64,000 nt of DNA, from positions 11,315 through 75,314 of the forward strand of contig JBDRHG010000023.1 in the NCBI GenBank assembly GCA_043817075.1, in the 5' to 3' direction. Shown piece by piece: positions 8,477-18,713 of the stretch. The stretch comes from an archaeon. GTDB taxonomy: Archaea > Nanobdellota > Nanobdellia > Woesearchaeales > JAADFO01. Within the stretch, counting starts at the first letter, position 1. Every line of letters starts with the position of its first letter. Both the position numbers and the translations under genes were made by a program. Below the pieces are notes generated by a model that worked only from the letters and a program-made list of their open reading frames with translations, was not told the origin of the DNA and made no database searches.

Positions 8477-9961
8477 CTACCCCCAACCCATCAGATGATA
8501 GGTCAACAGTCGCACCGGTATGCCGGTAGCGTTCTTGGGCACGTATGATTTCTGTTCAGGGAACCATGAGGTGTTGCCGATGTCGATGTGGGTGTGTGGC
8601 GTGTCCTTGATGTGGGCATTGATGAATGCGCCGCCGGCTGTCACGCCAGCCTCGAATCCCTTGCCTTTCGAGATGTTACGGATGTCAGCGATATCGGACT
8701 CGATCTCCTTTCGGAACTCGTCGTCTATTGGCATCTCCCAGACCCGTTCATGGCAGACATCGCCGGTCTTCTTGAGGGCCTCGATGGTCTCGCGGTCAGT
8801 GCCGAGGATCGGTGTCATGATGTAACCCAGTGTGCTGATGGCAGCGCCGGTCAGCGTCGCGACATCGATGATCCGGGCGGGTTTCAATGATTCTGCATAC
8901 GCGACAGCGTCAGCCAGGATGAGCCGTCCTTCGGCGTCGGTGTTGATGATCTCTATCGATACGCCTGAAAGGCCGGTCACGACGTCGCCAGGACGCATGG
9001 CCTTGCCGTTGATCATGTTCTCGCAGCTGGCCACGATGCCGAGCAGCCTGTCCGGGTATCCCAAGAGGGCTGCGTTCATCATGGTGGCCATCACCGCTGC
9101 CGCACCACCCATATCGGACTTCATGTAGTCCATCCACTGGGCGGGCTTGATGTCATAACCGCCGGCGTCGAATGTGATTCCCTTGCCCACCAATGCGGTC
9201 CCGCCTTCCTTCTTGGGATTGAGCTCCATGACGATGAAGCGGGGTTCCTCATCCGAGCCTTTTGCGACGGTGAGGAATGAGGCGAGGCCGAGCTTCTCAG
9301 CGCCCTTGCGATCATAGACCGTGACCTTGATGCCGGTCTCCTTACCGATCCTTTTCGCCTGTTCAGCGAGGAATGTCGGCGTTGCGTTATTGGCCGGTTC
9401 GTTGACCATGTCGCGGCACCACTTGACAGACTCGGCCACGACGAGTCCTTTCTCTGCGCCTTCGAGCGCCTTCTTCTCGGCCGTGAACAGCGTTATTGTG
9501 GCCACGGTCGGCGCGTCCTTCTTCTCGGCCTTGAACTTCTCGTAGAGATATTGTCCCAGTGATGCGCCTTCACCCATGGCAAGTCCGTTGAGGAAAGGGG
9601 TGCTTGGTTCATGGTGGAGCGTGCTATATGCGAATCCGACTGTCTTGAGCCTCAGCTTGTCGGCCGCTTTCCTACCGGTGTGCGCCGCCCGTCGGACGTT
9701 GTCCAGCGAGTGGTCGTCGCTCTTGCCTAGGCCCACGATCGCCACTTTTCTCGGCTTGCATGCGCCTTTTGTGTCGATGACGATGATGGAATCCTTCTTT
9801 CCTTTGAACTCCTCGTTCTTGATGGCCAAGCCTAGCTCGTCTGCGACGGGGTCCGCGATGTTGGCGACCTCTGGCGGAGCATGGTCTCCCTCGAACATGC
9901 CTGCGATGATCATATCGACTGCCGCTTCGTCCAACGGTCCTTGTGCGATCCGCGCTTTCAT
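8477..9961 (-). CDS. pepA: Leucyl aminopeptidase (M17 family)
   Basis: VGKGITFDAGGYDIKP and NTDAEGRLILAD catalytic signatures. 494 aa. Confidence 0.9.
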   Translation of the reverse strand: MKARIAQGPLDEAAVDMIIAGMFEGDHAPPEVANIADPVADELGLAIKNEEFKGKKDSIIVIDTKGACKPRKVAIVGLGKSDDHSLDNVRRAAHTGRKAADKLRLKTVGFAYSTLHHEPSTPFLNGLAMGEGASLGQYLYEKFKAEKKDAPTVATITLFTAEKKALEGAEKGLVVAESVKWCRDMVNEPANNATPTFLAEQAKRIGKETGIKVTVYDRKGAEKLGLASFLTVAKGSDEEPRFIVMELNPKKEGGTALVGKGITFDAGGYDIKPAQWMDYMKSDMGGAAAVMATMMNAALLGYPDRLLGIVASCENMINGKAMRPGDVVTGLSGVSIEIINTDAEGRLILADAVAYAESLKPARIIDVATLTGAAISTLGYIMTPILGTDRETIEALKKTGDVCHERVWEMPIDDEFRKEIESDIADIRNISKGKGFEAGVTAGGAFINAHIKDTPHTHIDIGNTSWFPEQKSYVPKNATGIPVRLLTYHLMGWG

Positions 9962-9994
9962 GGTATTTCCCTCCTCTGCGCTATTGACTGAGAA

Positions 9995-10252
9995 TCAGAT
10001 GATCTGTTCATCAGAATCCTTGTCGATGATGTGGATGACGTTGACCGGGCATGAGTCTGCCGCCTCTTTCTGCTTTTCGAATTGCTCCTCGGGAAAATCC
10101 ATATGTTCCCATTCTTTGTCGTCTGTGCTGCCGCCGATGATGGATGATTTGCCGTCGTCCTTCATCTCCCATGTCTCGGGAGCGACAGCGGCGCATGCAG
10201 CGCAGCCGATGCAATCCGGTCGATTGTGGTTGATCTTGAATGTCTTGCCCAT
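9995..10252 (-). CDS. Small ferredoxin (single [Fe-S] cluster type)
   Basis: CIGCAACAAVAP ... CPVNVI cysteine pattern in 85 aa. Confidence 0.75.
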   Translation of the reverse strand: MGKTFKINHNRPDCIGCAACAAVAPETWEMKDDGKSSIIGGSTDDKEWEHMDFPEEQFEKQKEAADSCPVNVIHIIDKDSDEQII

Positions 10253-10395
10253 AGAATCACCGCATGGGAGGACCTGATGCGTGTTTAAAAAACTTGTGAA
10301 AAAGGACTTGGAATAGGGGCTAGAACCCCTTGTCGCGGCCCATGACTGCTGTCCAGGCGATAGGTTTATATTGTCCCTGAACGGTCAAGCATCCA

Positions 10396-11463
10396 ATGGT
10401 GCTCGAGAAGCTCTTTGCCGTCAAGTGGGTGGAGCGACGACCGATCTACGCTCTGCTCATGGGTGTCCTCTTCTCGCTCTTCGCATTCTTCACCGCATCG
10501 GCCCTGTTCTGGAACAAGTCGCATCTCATCGGCATCACCTCCATCATCTTCATCGTGGTGCTCTGCATACGCGGGGTCAACGACCTCTTCGACATCGAAG
10601 AGAACGAGGAGGCCGAGGAATACGCCGGATTCTTCAAGGAGCATGAGGCATTGTTCGACTTCTTCCTCTACTTCTTCATCGGTGTCTTCATCACATTCTT
10701 CGTCATCGCCATCATCAATCCTACCCTGGTGTTCTCCCGGGCCGATTTCCTCAATATCCAGGATGAGACACCGTCCACCTTGCTCCGCATGGTCACCAAG
10801 GACAGCGATGGCAGCGGACTGCCGCCTCCACCCCCTCCGGACTTCGCTTTCCAAGGGGGTAGGCCCACGATCCTTCGTGAGATATCGGCCATATTCGTCA
10901 ATAATATCTATGTGATGATCATCTGTTTCCTCCTCAGCCTATTCTATAGCTCCGGCGCGCTCTTCCTCATCACCTTCAACGCTTCGATATTCGCCTCGGC
11001 ATTGGCACATGCGGTGCAGGCCAAGCTCGCATCGGCCGGGCTGATATCGCAGGTATCATTCCTCGCGTGCAACTTGGGCGTGATGTTCGTCCATACATTG
11101 CCTGAGCTTGCCGGATATTTCTTAGGAGCCATCGCAGGCGGAGTGCTGTCCAAGGCGTTCTTCAAGGAGAAATTCCGTTCGAAACGATTCCTGCGCGTGA
11201 TCAAGGACGCGGGGCTGTTGCTCGGTCTGTCGTTGGCAGTGCTGCTGTTCGCCGCGGTCATCGAGGTCACGGTATCGGGCAAGCTGCTCGTCGGAGACGC
11301 CTGTCTCTCTTCGCGGACCATGCTCATCGTGCTCGCAGGTTTGTTCCTCGTGATATTGGTGGCACTGGAATACCATCGCAAGCATGACTGGCTACACCGC
11401 ATGTGGCATGCGCTGATGGAGAGAAAGAAGAAGAAAAGCATCCCTCATTCGAGGGAGAAATAG
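10396..11463 (+). CDS. SpoIIM-like (DUF95) integral membrane protein
   Basis: Polytopic membrane protein. The segment FVNNIYVMIICFLLSLFYSSGALFLITFNASIFASA resembles the SpoIIM/DUF95 core. A TTTATATT box ~27 nt upstream of the ATG suggests a leaderless transcript. Confidence 0.5.
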   Translation: MVLEKLFAVKWVERRPIYALLMGVLFSLFAFFTASALFWNKSHLIGITSIIFIVVLCIRGVNDLFDIEENEEAEEYAGFFKEHEALFDFFLYFFIGVFITFFVIAIINPTLVFSRADFLNIQDETPSTLLRMVTKDSDGSGLPPPPPPDFAFQGGRPTILREISAIFVNNIYVMIICFLLSLFYSSGALFLITFNASIFASALAHAVQAKLASAGLISQVSFLACNLGVMFVHTLPELAGYFLGAIAGGVLSKAFFKEKFRSKRFLRVIKDAGLLLGLSLAVLLFAAVIEVTVSGKLLVGDACLSSRTMLIVLAGLFLVILVALEYHRKHDWLHRMWHALMERKKKKSIPHSREK

Positions 11464-12152
11464 ACGCGCCTGTTGTTCTTGCCTTTGTTCTCGGCCTTCA
11501 TGAACGTGATCTTGCCGACCTCGCCTGTCTTGTGGACATGGGTGCCGCCATCAGGCTGTCGGTCGAAGTCGACGATATCGATGATTCGCAATTCTTTGAT
11601 CGAAGGGGGGAGCACGTTTGCCAGCTTGAGCATCTCGGGTATGGCGAGCGCCTCTTCGCGGGGCATGGTGTAGACCTTGATCTCGTGGTCCTCTCGGACG
11701 ATGGCATTGGACTTGTCGAAGAATTCCTGCATACGCTCGCGATCGAAGTCCTCAAGATCGAAATCGATGCGGCCCTTGCCGATATCGAAGCCGCCGCCCG
11801 TGATCTTGGCACCTGCCTCCTTGTGGAACATGCCGGAAAGGATGTGGGCTGCGGTATGGTAGCGCATCAATTCGTATCTGCGTTCCCAATCTAGGACGCC
11901 GTGCACTTCGTCTCCTTCTTGGAGGCCCTCATGATCGACCTCATGGGAGATGTGGCCGTCGAATTTGCCGGCGAAGACCACCTTGAACTCCTCATCCCCT
12001 TTCTTGAGCACGCCGAGATCCTCGGGCTGGCCTCCGCTTTTGGGGTAGAAGATCGTCTTGTCCAATACGACGAATTTGCCGTCCTTTACGCTGACGACCT
12101 TGGCATCGAATTCCTTGAGATAACAATCATTGAGATAGAGCGCTTCATCCAT
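11445..12152 (-). CDS. alaX: Alanyl-tRNA editing protein AlaX
   Basis: HTAAHIL and GGTHV zinc-binding editing-domain motifs. I moved the start from 12329 to ATG 12152 (MDEALYLNDCYLKEF...), the conserved AlaX N-terminus. Confidence 0.85.
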   Translation of the reverse strand: MDEALYLNDCYLKEFDAKVVSVKDGKFVVLDKTIFYPKSGGQPEDLGVLKKGDEEFKVVFAGKFDGHISHEVDHEGLQEGDEVHGVLDWERRYELMRYHTAAHILSGMFHKEAGAKITGGGFDIGKGRIDFDLEDFDRERMQEFFDKSNAIVREDHEIKVYTMPREEALAIPEMLKLANVLPPSIKELRIIDIVDFDRQPDGGTHVHKTGEVGKITFMKAENKGKNNRRVYFSLE

Positions 12153-12316
12153 ATATATCCCTCCACTGCGTGTTTGATGTGGGTTGGTCGGGCCCAATAA
12201 AAGGGTTGTGGTCGGACCCATTCGTCCCTGCATGATTCTGATTCTCAGCGACCCGGACATCATATACAAAACTTTTATATACATGGTTTCAATAGGGGTA
12301 TGAGAGAGGGAAAACC

Positions 12317-12511
12317 ATGGGATACACACGCTGCCATAACTGCAGGAAGAAGGTGCCTATCGCCGGTCAGTGCAATATGTGCGGATTCATCAACGGATTG
12401 AACCGATTACCTTCCGATGATGAATACGTCGTTGCTAGACGGGTCAACGAGGCGCATGAATACGAGCAGTTCAACAACATTGACATGCGGGTCATCGAGC
12501 TCGGCAGGTGA
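12317..12511 (+). CDS. Hypothetical zinc-ribbon protein (64 aa)
   Basis: CHNC...CNMC four-cysteine ribbon at the N-terminus. No family recognised. Confidence 0.4.
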   Translation: MGYTRCHNCRKKVPIAGQCNMCGFINGLNRLPSDDEYVVARRVNEAHEYEQFNNIDMRVIELGR

Positions 12512-12530
12512 CTGCTTCTACAGTCCAAAA

Positions 12531-12540
12531 CATTTATTAA
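12531..12540 (+). promoter_or_regulatory. Putative TATA box of the ABCE1 gene (CATTTATTAA)
   Basis: Centred ~28 nt upstream of ATG 12564. Confidence 0.4.
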
Positions 12541-12563
12541 CAGCGTGAGCCCTCGAATCTTCC

Positions 12564-14318
12564 ATGACACGGATAGCGGTCGTCCATAGGGAGAAGTGCA
12601 ATCCCGTCAAATGCGGGAACCATCTATGCATCAGGCTATGCCCTATCAACCGCGAAGGAAAGGACTGCATCCTCGTAGGTGAGGACACGAAGGTCGTCAT
12701 CTCAGAAGAGCTATGCACCGGCTGCGGGATATGCCCCAACCGTTGTCCCTTCAACGCGATCCAGATCGTCAACCTTCCTGAGGCGCTTGATGGGGCGCCT
12801 ATCCACCGGTATGGCGAGAACATGTTCGCCATGTTCAACCTGCCCATCCCACAGTTCGGGAAAGTGGTCGGTATCCTGGGCAGGAACGGCATCGGAAAAT
12901 CGACCGCGGTCAAGGTGCTGTCCGGCATCATCAAACCCAACTTCGGTGAGCTCGGCAAAGAGGTCGAATATAAGGAGATCATCGAGCATTTCCGTGGTTC
13001 TGAGGCGCAGGGATTCTTCGAGCGTATGCGTGATGGGGGCATCACTGTGGCGTATAAGCCTCAGCACGTCGATATGATTCCCCGCAATAGTACCGGTACA
13101 GTCAAGGAGCTGCTCTTGAAGGTGGACGAACGTGGCGCACTCGACGAGATCGCAGAAAAGCTTGGCATCACTGGTGTTCTTGACCGCGATATCTCTCAGA
13201 TCTCCGGCGGGGAACTGCAGCGTGTCGCGATCGCCGCGACTGTCTTGAAGAAAGCCAATGTATACATCTTCGACGAACCCACCAGCTATCTCGACATCCA
13301 CCAACGTATCGAGGTGGCCAAGTTCATCCGCGGTTTGGCGGATGAAGAGACCGCGGTGATGGTCGTGGAGCACGATCTCGTGGTTCTTGACTATATGACT
13401 GATCTTCTTCACATCATGTACGGAAAGGTGGGGGTGTTCGGCGTGGTGTCGCAGCCCAAGGCGACGCGCGTCGGCATGAATGTGTACTTGTCTGGTTATC
13501 TCAAGGAAGAGAATGTCCGTTTCCGCGATTCCCATATCCGGTTCATCGCAGCGCCTCCGGTCAAGCGCAAGAAAAGCGAAGCATTGGTGTCGTGGAAAGG
13601 GATCCGCAAGAAGCTCGGTTCATTCTCGCTGTCCGCAACAGAGGGGGAGGTCCCCCGGGCAGAAGTCACCGGTGTGCTCGGCCAGAACGGCATCGGCAAG
13701 ACGACACTCGCCCGCATCCTCGCAGGAGATATCGAGGCCGACGGCGGAGAGATGTCCGACAATATCAAGGTGTCGTACAAGCCCCAGTATCTTGTTCCTG
13801 GAGACGAGCTGGTGATGAACGCACTGCATGATGCCATACGGAAATTCAAGGCCCAAATCATCGGTCCTCTCAAACTGGAGCCGTTGTTCATGCGGAAATT
13901 GGATGAGCTCTCTGGTGGTGAGTTGCAGCGTGTCGCGATTGCGCGATGCCTGTCGCAGGATGCGGAGCTTTTTTTGCTGGATGAGCCTTCCGCCTATCTC
14001 GATGTGGAGCAGCGTCTCCTGATGTCCAAGGTCATCCGCGACTTCGCGGAGACCGGCGAGAAGAGCGTGATCGTGGTGGACCACGATTTGATCTTCTTGG
14101 ATTATCTATCGGATTCACTCATGGTATTCGACGGCGAGCCATCGATATGGGGCGAGGTATCCGGGCCGTTCTCCATGGAGGACGGCATGAACCGGTTCTT
14201 GGACGGTCTGTCTATCACATTGCGGCGGGATCCGGAGAGCAAACGGCCCCGCATCAATAAGCCCGACTCGCAGAAGGACAAAGAGCAGCGTTCGAGCGGG
14301 AAACTGTATTATTCTTGA
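12564..14318 (+). CDS. abce1: ABCE1 / RNase L inhibitor-type ribosome recycling ATPase
   Basis: N-terminal double 4Fe-4S domain (CNPVKCGNHLCIRLCP, CTGCGICPNRCP). Two ABC cassettes (GILGRNGIGKST / GVLGQNGIGKTT, LSGGELQR twice). Confidence 0.95.
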   Translation: MTRIAVVHREKCNPVKCGNHLCIRLCPINREGKDCILVGEDTKVVISEELCTGCGICPNRCPFNAIQIVNLPEALDGAPIHRYGENMFAMFNLPIPQFGKVVGILGRNGIGKSTAVKVLSGIIKPNFGELGKEVEYKEIIEHFRGSEAQGFFERMRDGGITVAYKPQHVDMIPRNSTGTVKELLLKVDERGALDEIAEKLGITGVLDRDISQISGGELQRVAIAATVLKKANVYIFDEPTSYLDIHQRIEVAKFIRGLADEETAVMVVEHDLVVLDYMTDLLHIMYGKVGVFGVVSQPKATRVGMNVYLSGYLKEENVRFRDSHIRFIAAPPVKRKKSEALVSWKGIRKKLGSFSLSATEGEVPRAEVTGVLGQNGIGKTTLARILAGDIEADGGEMSDNIKVSYKPQYLVPGDELVMNALHDAIRKFKAQIIGPLKLEPLFMRKLDELSGGELQRVAIARCLSQDAELFLLDEPSAYLDVEQRLLMSKVIRDFAETGEKSVIVVDHDLIFLDYLSDSLMVFDGEPSIWGEVSGPFSMEDGMNRFLDGLSITLRRDPESKRPRINKPDSQKDKEQRSSGKLYYS

Positions 14319-14358
14319 TGTGCCCTTATTCTTCATTATCGGGTAGTGAAGAATCGAT

Positions 14359-14369
14359 AGCTTTTTAAA
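14359..14369 (+). promoter_or_regulatory. Putative BRE/TATA promoter (AGCTTTTTAAA) of the 14394 gene
   Basis: Starts 35 nt before ATG 14394. This 11-mer and the following GAAATCGGTC also occur upstream of tRNA-Arg at 28319. Confidence 0.45.
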
Positions 14370-14393
14370 CGGAAATCGGTCTCATCCTCTCCT

Positions 14394-16091
14394 ATGTCAG
14401 TCGAATCCAAGGTCAAATCCTATCTCGTGCACGGGACGGATACCCAGCATTCCCGGCCTCTGGACTATCGCGCAAAACCGGGCAAAAGGAGCATCGTCCG
14501 CACGCCAGTGGGCCACATCGCAAAGCTCTCCCGCGACATCCAGCCTGACGAGACGATCATTCCTATCAATCGGTATGTGCTGGAAGACGATCTTCTAGAT
14601 GACAAAGGGTACCGGGGTTTAGAAGAGCAGATATTTACAGAATCGCGTGGCGGCATGCGTATCACCCAATTCCGGGAGCAACTGCTCCTCGGGGTTTGGG
14701 AAAAGAATGCCGGAAGTCTAAAAGGAATTGGTGAGGCACAGTATCTCGATAAGCTCTATCGCGTCGGCGGCGCGGATTTCACGACAGATGAGGTCCATAC
14801 CCTTGTTGGCATCATCTACCCCTATGTGGAAGATGGCATCTCTGATGATGGGGTGCGGCAATGGATCGTCAGTGGTGCGGACCACAAGCTCGATGGCATC
14901 CGGGCCCCGCAGAATTGGGAGAACCTCAATCGCCTGGCCAAGCTCAATGATAGATTCGGCGAGTGGTACGCGAGCAAGGATCTCGGACCGGACGATCCAC
15001 CAGGCTTCTATGATGCGCTCATGGAGTATAACCTGTTCGGCAGGAGGCTGGCAGAGCCGTTGGCCACTGGTGGTGAGGGGAAACCTGTACGCAGTCCACG
15101 GGCACGATCACGTTCCGCCCGACTGCACATCGATACCGACTCAATCGCGGCCAAATCCCTGAAGTCATATCTGGAGAGCAATCCTCCGGGCGTGCGGGTC
15201 GAAAGCATCGTCTTGACCGATGATGCTGATCAGGCCATACCTGAGCTCTACCACGTCCGTGCCGAGGACGGAGTCACCCAAGACCTGACCTCGATCATGC
15301 AGGCGCAGATCGTGCTCGAAAGCGTAATCGACGCTGCCATCCTAGAATTCTTCTATGAGATCACCGAGACCTATGGCACCGAGAAACTTGGTGCAATCCC
15401 TGCGGCAGAGAAAGGCAGACTAATGAACACCTACTACGATTGGCTATTCCAACGGAAGGACTTTGTCCGGGATTCATTCATCCACACGCAGGTACCTGCG
15501 ATGCAGAGCCGTAGGACCATGGCTGATGTCCACCTCGATAGTGTGCTCCGGCCGTATGTCCATAGTTACTTCTCGGCATTGAATCAGAAAAACATATCGA
15601 TGAAAGAAAAGAGAGATTTTCGCAAGAGGGAGCGAAACCAGTCCACGAGCCTCGTATCAATATTCAATAACGCCTACGCTGGGGACCATCTTGATACGCT
15701 CTGCTCGACGCCTGTCGGCACCACGCATAAGGTCGTCAAAGCACTTGAGGAGGCCTACCGTTCCATGCCGTCAGCGTATGGCGACCTCTTGATCACCGCA
15801 GCCACTATTCAAAGGAGACGTGTCGATGCGGCTCATGAGAAACTCGGCTACATCGGAAGCAATAACCATCACCAGGCGGCTGCGCGGGAAAAGAAGATCA
15901 AGGAGCTGGAGACCCAGAACCAGCAGACCATGGCAGGGATCCTGGTCAACTATTCTGCTGAACTGGACGCACTCAAGAAACCGTTGCCTGATGAAGTAGT
16001 AGAGCGGATACTGTCGCTTCTCAGTCTCGAAGTCGATCCCCATCTGGTTACATTGGCGGGTGGACGGCCGACCTTCTCCAGTATGTCTTGA
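14394..16091 (+). CDS. Hypothetical protein (565 aa, soluble, no recognisable domain)
   Basis: Long ORF with its own promoter-like box and native composition. I recognise no motif (no P-loop, no metal-binding pattern). Confidence 0.6.
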   Translation: MSVESKVKSYLVHGTDTQHSRPLDYRAKPGKRSIVRTPVGHIAKLSRDIQPDETIIPINRYVLEDDLLDDKGYRGLEEQIFTESRGGMRITQFREQLLLGVWEKNAGSLKGIGEAQYLDKLYRVGGADFTTDEVHTLVGIIYPYVEDGISDDGVRQWIVSGADHKLDGIRAPQNWENLNRLAKLNDRFGEWYASKDLGPDDPPGFYDALMEYNLFGRRLAEPLATGGEGKPVRSPRARSRSARLHIDTDSIAAKSLKSYLESNPPGVRVESIVLTDDADQAIPELYHVRAEDGVTQDLTSIMQAQIVLESVIDAAILEFFYEITETYGTEKLGAIPAAEKGRLMNTYYDWLFQRKDFVRDSFIHTQVPAMQSRRTMADVHLDSVLRPYVHSYFSALNQKNISMKEKRDFRKRERNQSTSLVSIFNNAYAGDHLDTLCSTPVGTTHKVVKALEEAYRSMPSAYGDLLITAATIQRRRVDAAHEKLGYIGSNNHHQAAAREKKIKELETQNQQTMAGILVNYSAELDALKKPLPDEVVERILSLLSLEVDPHLVTLAGGRPTFSSMS

Positions 16092-16145
16092 CCCTCACTT
16101 TTTTATACCACCTCTTGATAGCCCGGGACGTAGGCAAGAACCACC

Positions 16146-16715
16146 ATGAACTCCTTTATAGCAGTCCTGATGATCGCATCCATCCTTCTTCTCGCTGGCT
16201 GCGGTGCTGATAGCCAAAACGTCCTGCTACCTTCAGGCACTTCTTATGCTCTCGAGAACCTCGATGTCGAGAATTTTCCTCCGGAAAAAGGAGAGCCAGG
16301 AGAGGTGCCGACCAAAATAGAGAAATTGTACTCGCCAGATTGCTCTTTGCTTGATGTGGAAGATATACTGACGGTATGCGGTGTAGAGGCGGTCGCCCGC
16401 GAAGAAGAGGTTCCTGCGGGACAGGCATGCGCAAAGCGATTCGACGCCGGTCAAGGAAGAGCGGTCTACCTGTCATACTCAGCCGTCGGCGGCGATTCTA
16501 AGATACAATACTCTCATTGCCTGAGGAATCTTGGCGGCGAGTCGGTCGGCGACTTCGCATGCTTCGCCCCTCGGGCTGGCGACACGGTCTATGTCTACAG
16601 CAAGGAGCACACCATCGTCCTCGTCAACACCGTCGCCATCGAAGACTATTGGCTGTGCAGCGCCGACGAGCTCAAGGAGCTCGGCAGGATCATCTCCGGG
16701 AAGATCTTCATCTGA
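16146..16715 (+). CDS. Hypothetical lipoprotein
   Basis: Signal peptide with a lipobox-like LLLAGC. 189 aa. Confidence 0.55.
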   Translation: MNSFIAVLMIASILLLAGCGADSQNVLLPSGTSYALENLDVENFPPEKGEPGEVPTKIEKLYSPDCSLLDVEDILTVCGVEAVAREEEVPAGQACAKRFDAGQGRAVYLSYSAVGGDSKIQYSHCLRNLGGESVGDFACFAPRAGDTVYVYSKEHTIVLVNTVAIEDYWLCSADELKELGRIISGKIFI

Positions 16716-17211
16716 GTTTCAAGGCCAGGGCGGTCGCCAGGATCAGGCCGATGACGATCGCGGTGATGGGCAACGCATCGAGAGATCGGCGGGAACCCAC
16801 CTTCTTCCTTACGACGTGATGGCCTGCTTGAGGAGCTTCATCTTCTTTTTCCTCCTTGACGTTTGAGAAAATCTTCATCGCTCCGATGTTCTCCCCTACC
16901 TTGACCACCGAGCCGGTGATCAGCCGTACACCCTCGTCTATACCTGTGACTTCCTGTATGATGATGTTGCCCTGGGCATCATGGTTACTTCCTGCGACCT
17001 CGATCTTCTCCACGCTCCTGGGCAATATGGATGAAAATCTCGGCCGCACCCGCAGATCGATGGAGTCGGGCAGCACCTCGAACGCGATCTCCTCATCGCT
17101 CGGATTGATCACCACGAATGATGACGCGCTGTGGCTATCCAGTTCGATGAGCGGCGGGCTCACGCCAAGCGTCGCTGCCGCTGCAGGGATGAGGAGCAGT
17201 GCGATCACCAT
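16708..17211 (-). CDS. Hypothetical secreted protein with C-terminal membrane anchor
   Basis: ORF 16708..17331. The likely start is ATG 17211 (MVIALLLIPAAAATLG..., a signal peptide), directly after the stop of the upstream LTD gene. The C-terminal hydrophobic helix is ITAIVIGLILATALALKLR. Confidence 0.5.
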   Translation of the reverse strand: MVIALLLIPAAAATLGVSPPLIELDSHSASSFVVINPSDEEIAFEVLPDSIDLRVRPRFSSILPRSVEKIEVAGSNHDAQGNIIIQEVTGIDEGVRLITGSVVKVGENIGAMKIFSNVKEEKEDEAPQAGHHVVRKKVGSRRSLDALPITAIVIGLILATALALKLR

Positions 17212-17212
17212 A

Positions 17213-18568
17213 TCAACCAGGCATCGCATGCACTCGCACCTGTCCAGAGTAGTTGCCTGGCATCGTGTCCTGCGGGACATCGAGCCTGAACGAGAGGGTG
17301 TTGAATGAATCCTCGCCAGGCAGCAGATCAAGGTCCTCTATCGTCATCCCTGTGCTGAAAACACCCGCCAATGAGCCCGCGAACACGTCGGAGAAAAGGG
17401 TGTAGCCCAGGATCTCTGGCGGGAGGCTGGCGCTATCGCTCGACAGCCCGGAGAACGACAGCCCGATGTCGAGGATTGTGTTGCCGGTGTTCCGGATGGT
17501 AGGATTGCTGGTTGAAGAGGCGTCGAGGTCGCCGATGATGTCGCTCTCCATGCCCGCTTCGGCGATGAAAGTCAGCGTCTCGCTGTCGATCGAGAGGGCG
17601 GCGACCTCCATATAGGAGAACGTAGCTTCTCCGGTCGTCTCCGTATCCTCATCTATGGTGATCTCCACGAGATGCTCGCCAGGTGATTCCCAGTAGTGCA
17701 TCGGCAGACTTCCGCGGAACATCATCTCGGACACGGAGAGATTGTCGATGTTTTCCATCTCTATGCTCTTGTTGTCCATCGATGCCCGCACAGTGACTGT
17801 TCCTGCATAGTTCGCGGGCAGCCCGATGTCAGCCTCCACCAACAGTTGCCGCGTGGTGGCGGGGAACGGGAAGAACTGTACGCCTACTTCATCAGATTCA
17901 TCCGGCGAGAGCCTCACTTCTGTGATCGAGAACAAGGGTCCGCTGATCACCGCGATGATCCCGATGATGGTCTCATTGTCGGATCCCTGGGGGCGGCTGC
18001 TACGGAGTGATGGGGCGGGGCTCTGCGAGAAGTCGCCAAGGTTGTCCCCTGTATCCGTATAGCCTTCCACCCCCAGGTTCCGGGAAAGCGCATGACCATT
18101 GTCGGTGTTGTTTGTTGGCGTGCCTTCATAGAGGCCGTCTTCTATCTCTGCCGGATCGCCCCAACCGACCGCATCAATAGTGGTATTCTCCAGTATGATG
18201 GCGATGCCGGAATCGCTGTTGTAGAGATTGAGCGTCTCTTCATGGTCGGCGTCCGGCCAAGTCGGGTCGTCCTTGTCGGTGAGGAAATCAGCATCCGCGA
18301 TGAGGAAATAGCCACCTGGTTGGATTATTGAGGCTTCAGGCAGGGTGGCGTCAGCGTCCTGGCTCTCGCTCCTGATGGTAAGTCCCGAGATATCGATCGC
18401 CGTATCGGTCGGGTTGTAGAGCTCCACCGCTTCGCTTCCTGATTCTTCGAAGGGATTGGCCAGCACCGTGGTGATGAGCAATTGGTCTGCTCCCGGTGGG
18501 AGCGCTGCGGTGATGGGCAGCAGTAGGACGGCAAGTGCCGTGATGAGGAATGTTGTGCGCGGTCTCAT
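17213..18568 (-). CDS. Secreted lamin-tail-domain (LTD) protein
   Basis: Signal peptide followed by LITTVLANPFEESGSEAVELYNPTDTAIDISGLTI...GGYFLIADADF...LYNSDSGIAI, which is the LTD pattern. Confidence 0.7.
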   Translation of the reverse strand: MRPRTTFLITALAVLLLPITAALPPGADQLLITTVLANPFEESGSEAVELYNPTDTAIDISGLTIRSESQDADATLPEASIIQPGGYFLIADADFLTDKDDPTWPDADHEETLNLYNSDSGIAIILENTTIDAVGWGDPAEIEDGLYEGTPTNNTDNGHALSRNLGVEGYTDTGDNLGDFSQSPAPSLRSSRPQGSDNETIIGIIAVISGPLFSITEVRLSPDESDEVGVQFFPFPATTRQLLVEADIGLPANYAGTVTVRASMDNKSIEMENIDNLSVSEMMFRGSLPMHYWESPGEHLVEITIDEDTETTGEATFSYMEVAALSIDSETLTFIAEAGMESDIIGDLDASSTSNPTIRNTGNTILDIGLSFSGLSSDSASLPPEILGYTLFSDVFAGSLAGVFSTGMTIEDLDLLPGEDSFNTLSFRLDVPQDTMPGNYSGQVRVHAMPG

Positions 18569-18713
18569 GGGTGGGACTGGTGATGCGACCTCTTAACCAC
18601 GCTTGCGGTCCTTTTTCCGGACAGCATTCATCTTTGTCGGAATCCATGACCTGTTCGCGTCATGCCTTCCGAGAAATATCACCTGCAAGAGAATTGTTTT
18701 GACTTACTCATAA

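Noticed and set aside
10366-10854. 162-aa acidic minus-strand ORF opposite the SpoIIM-like gene
   Set aside because: It is a shadow ORF. The plus-strand frame encodes coherent TM helices and has a correctly spaced promoter.
12711-13535. 274-aa minus-strand ORF inside the ABCE1 gene
   Set aside because: It is a shadow ORF opposite a gene with unmistakable ABC and Fe-S motifs.
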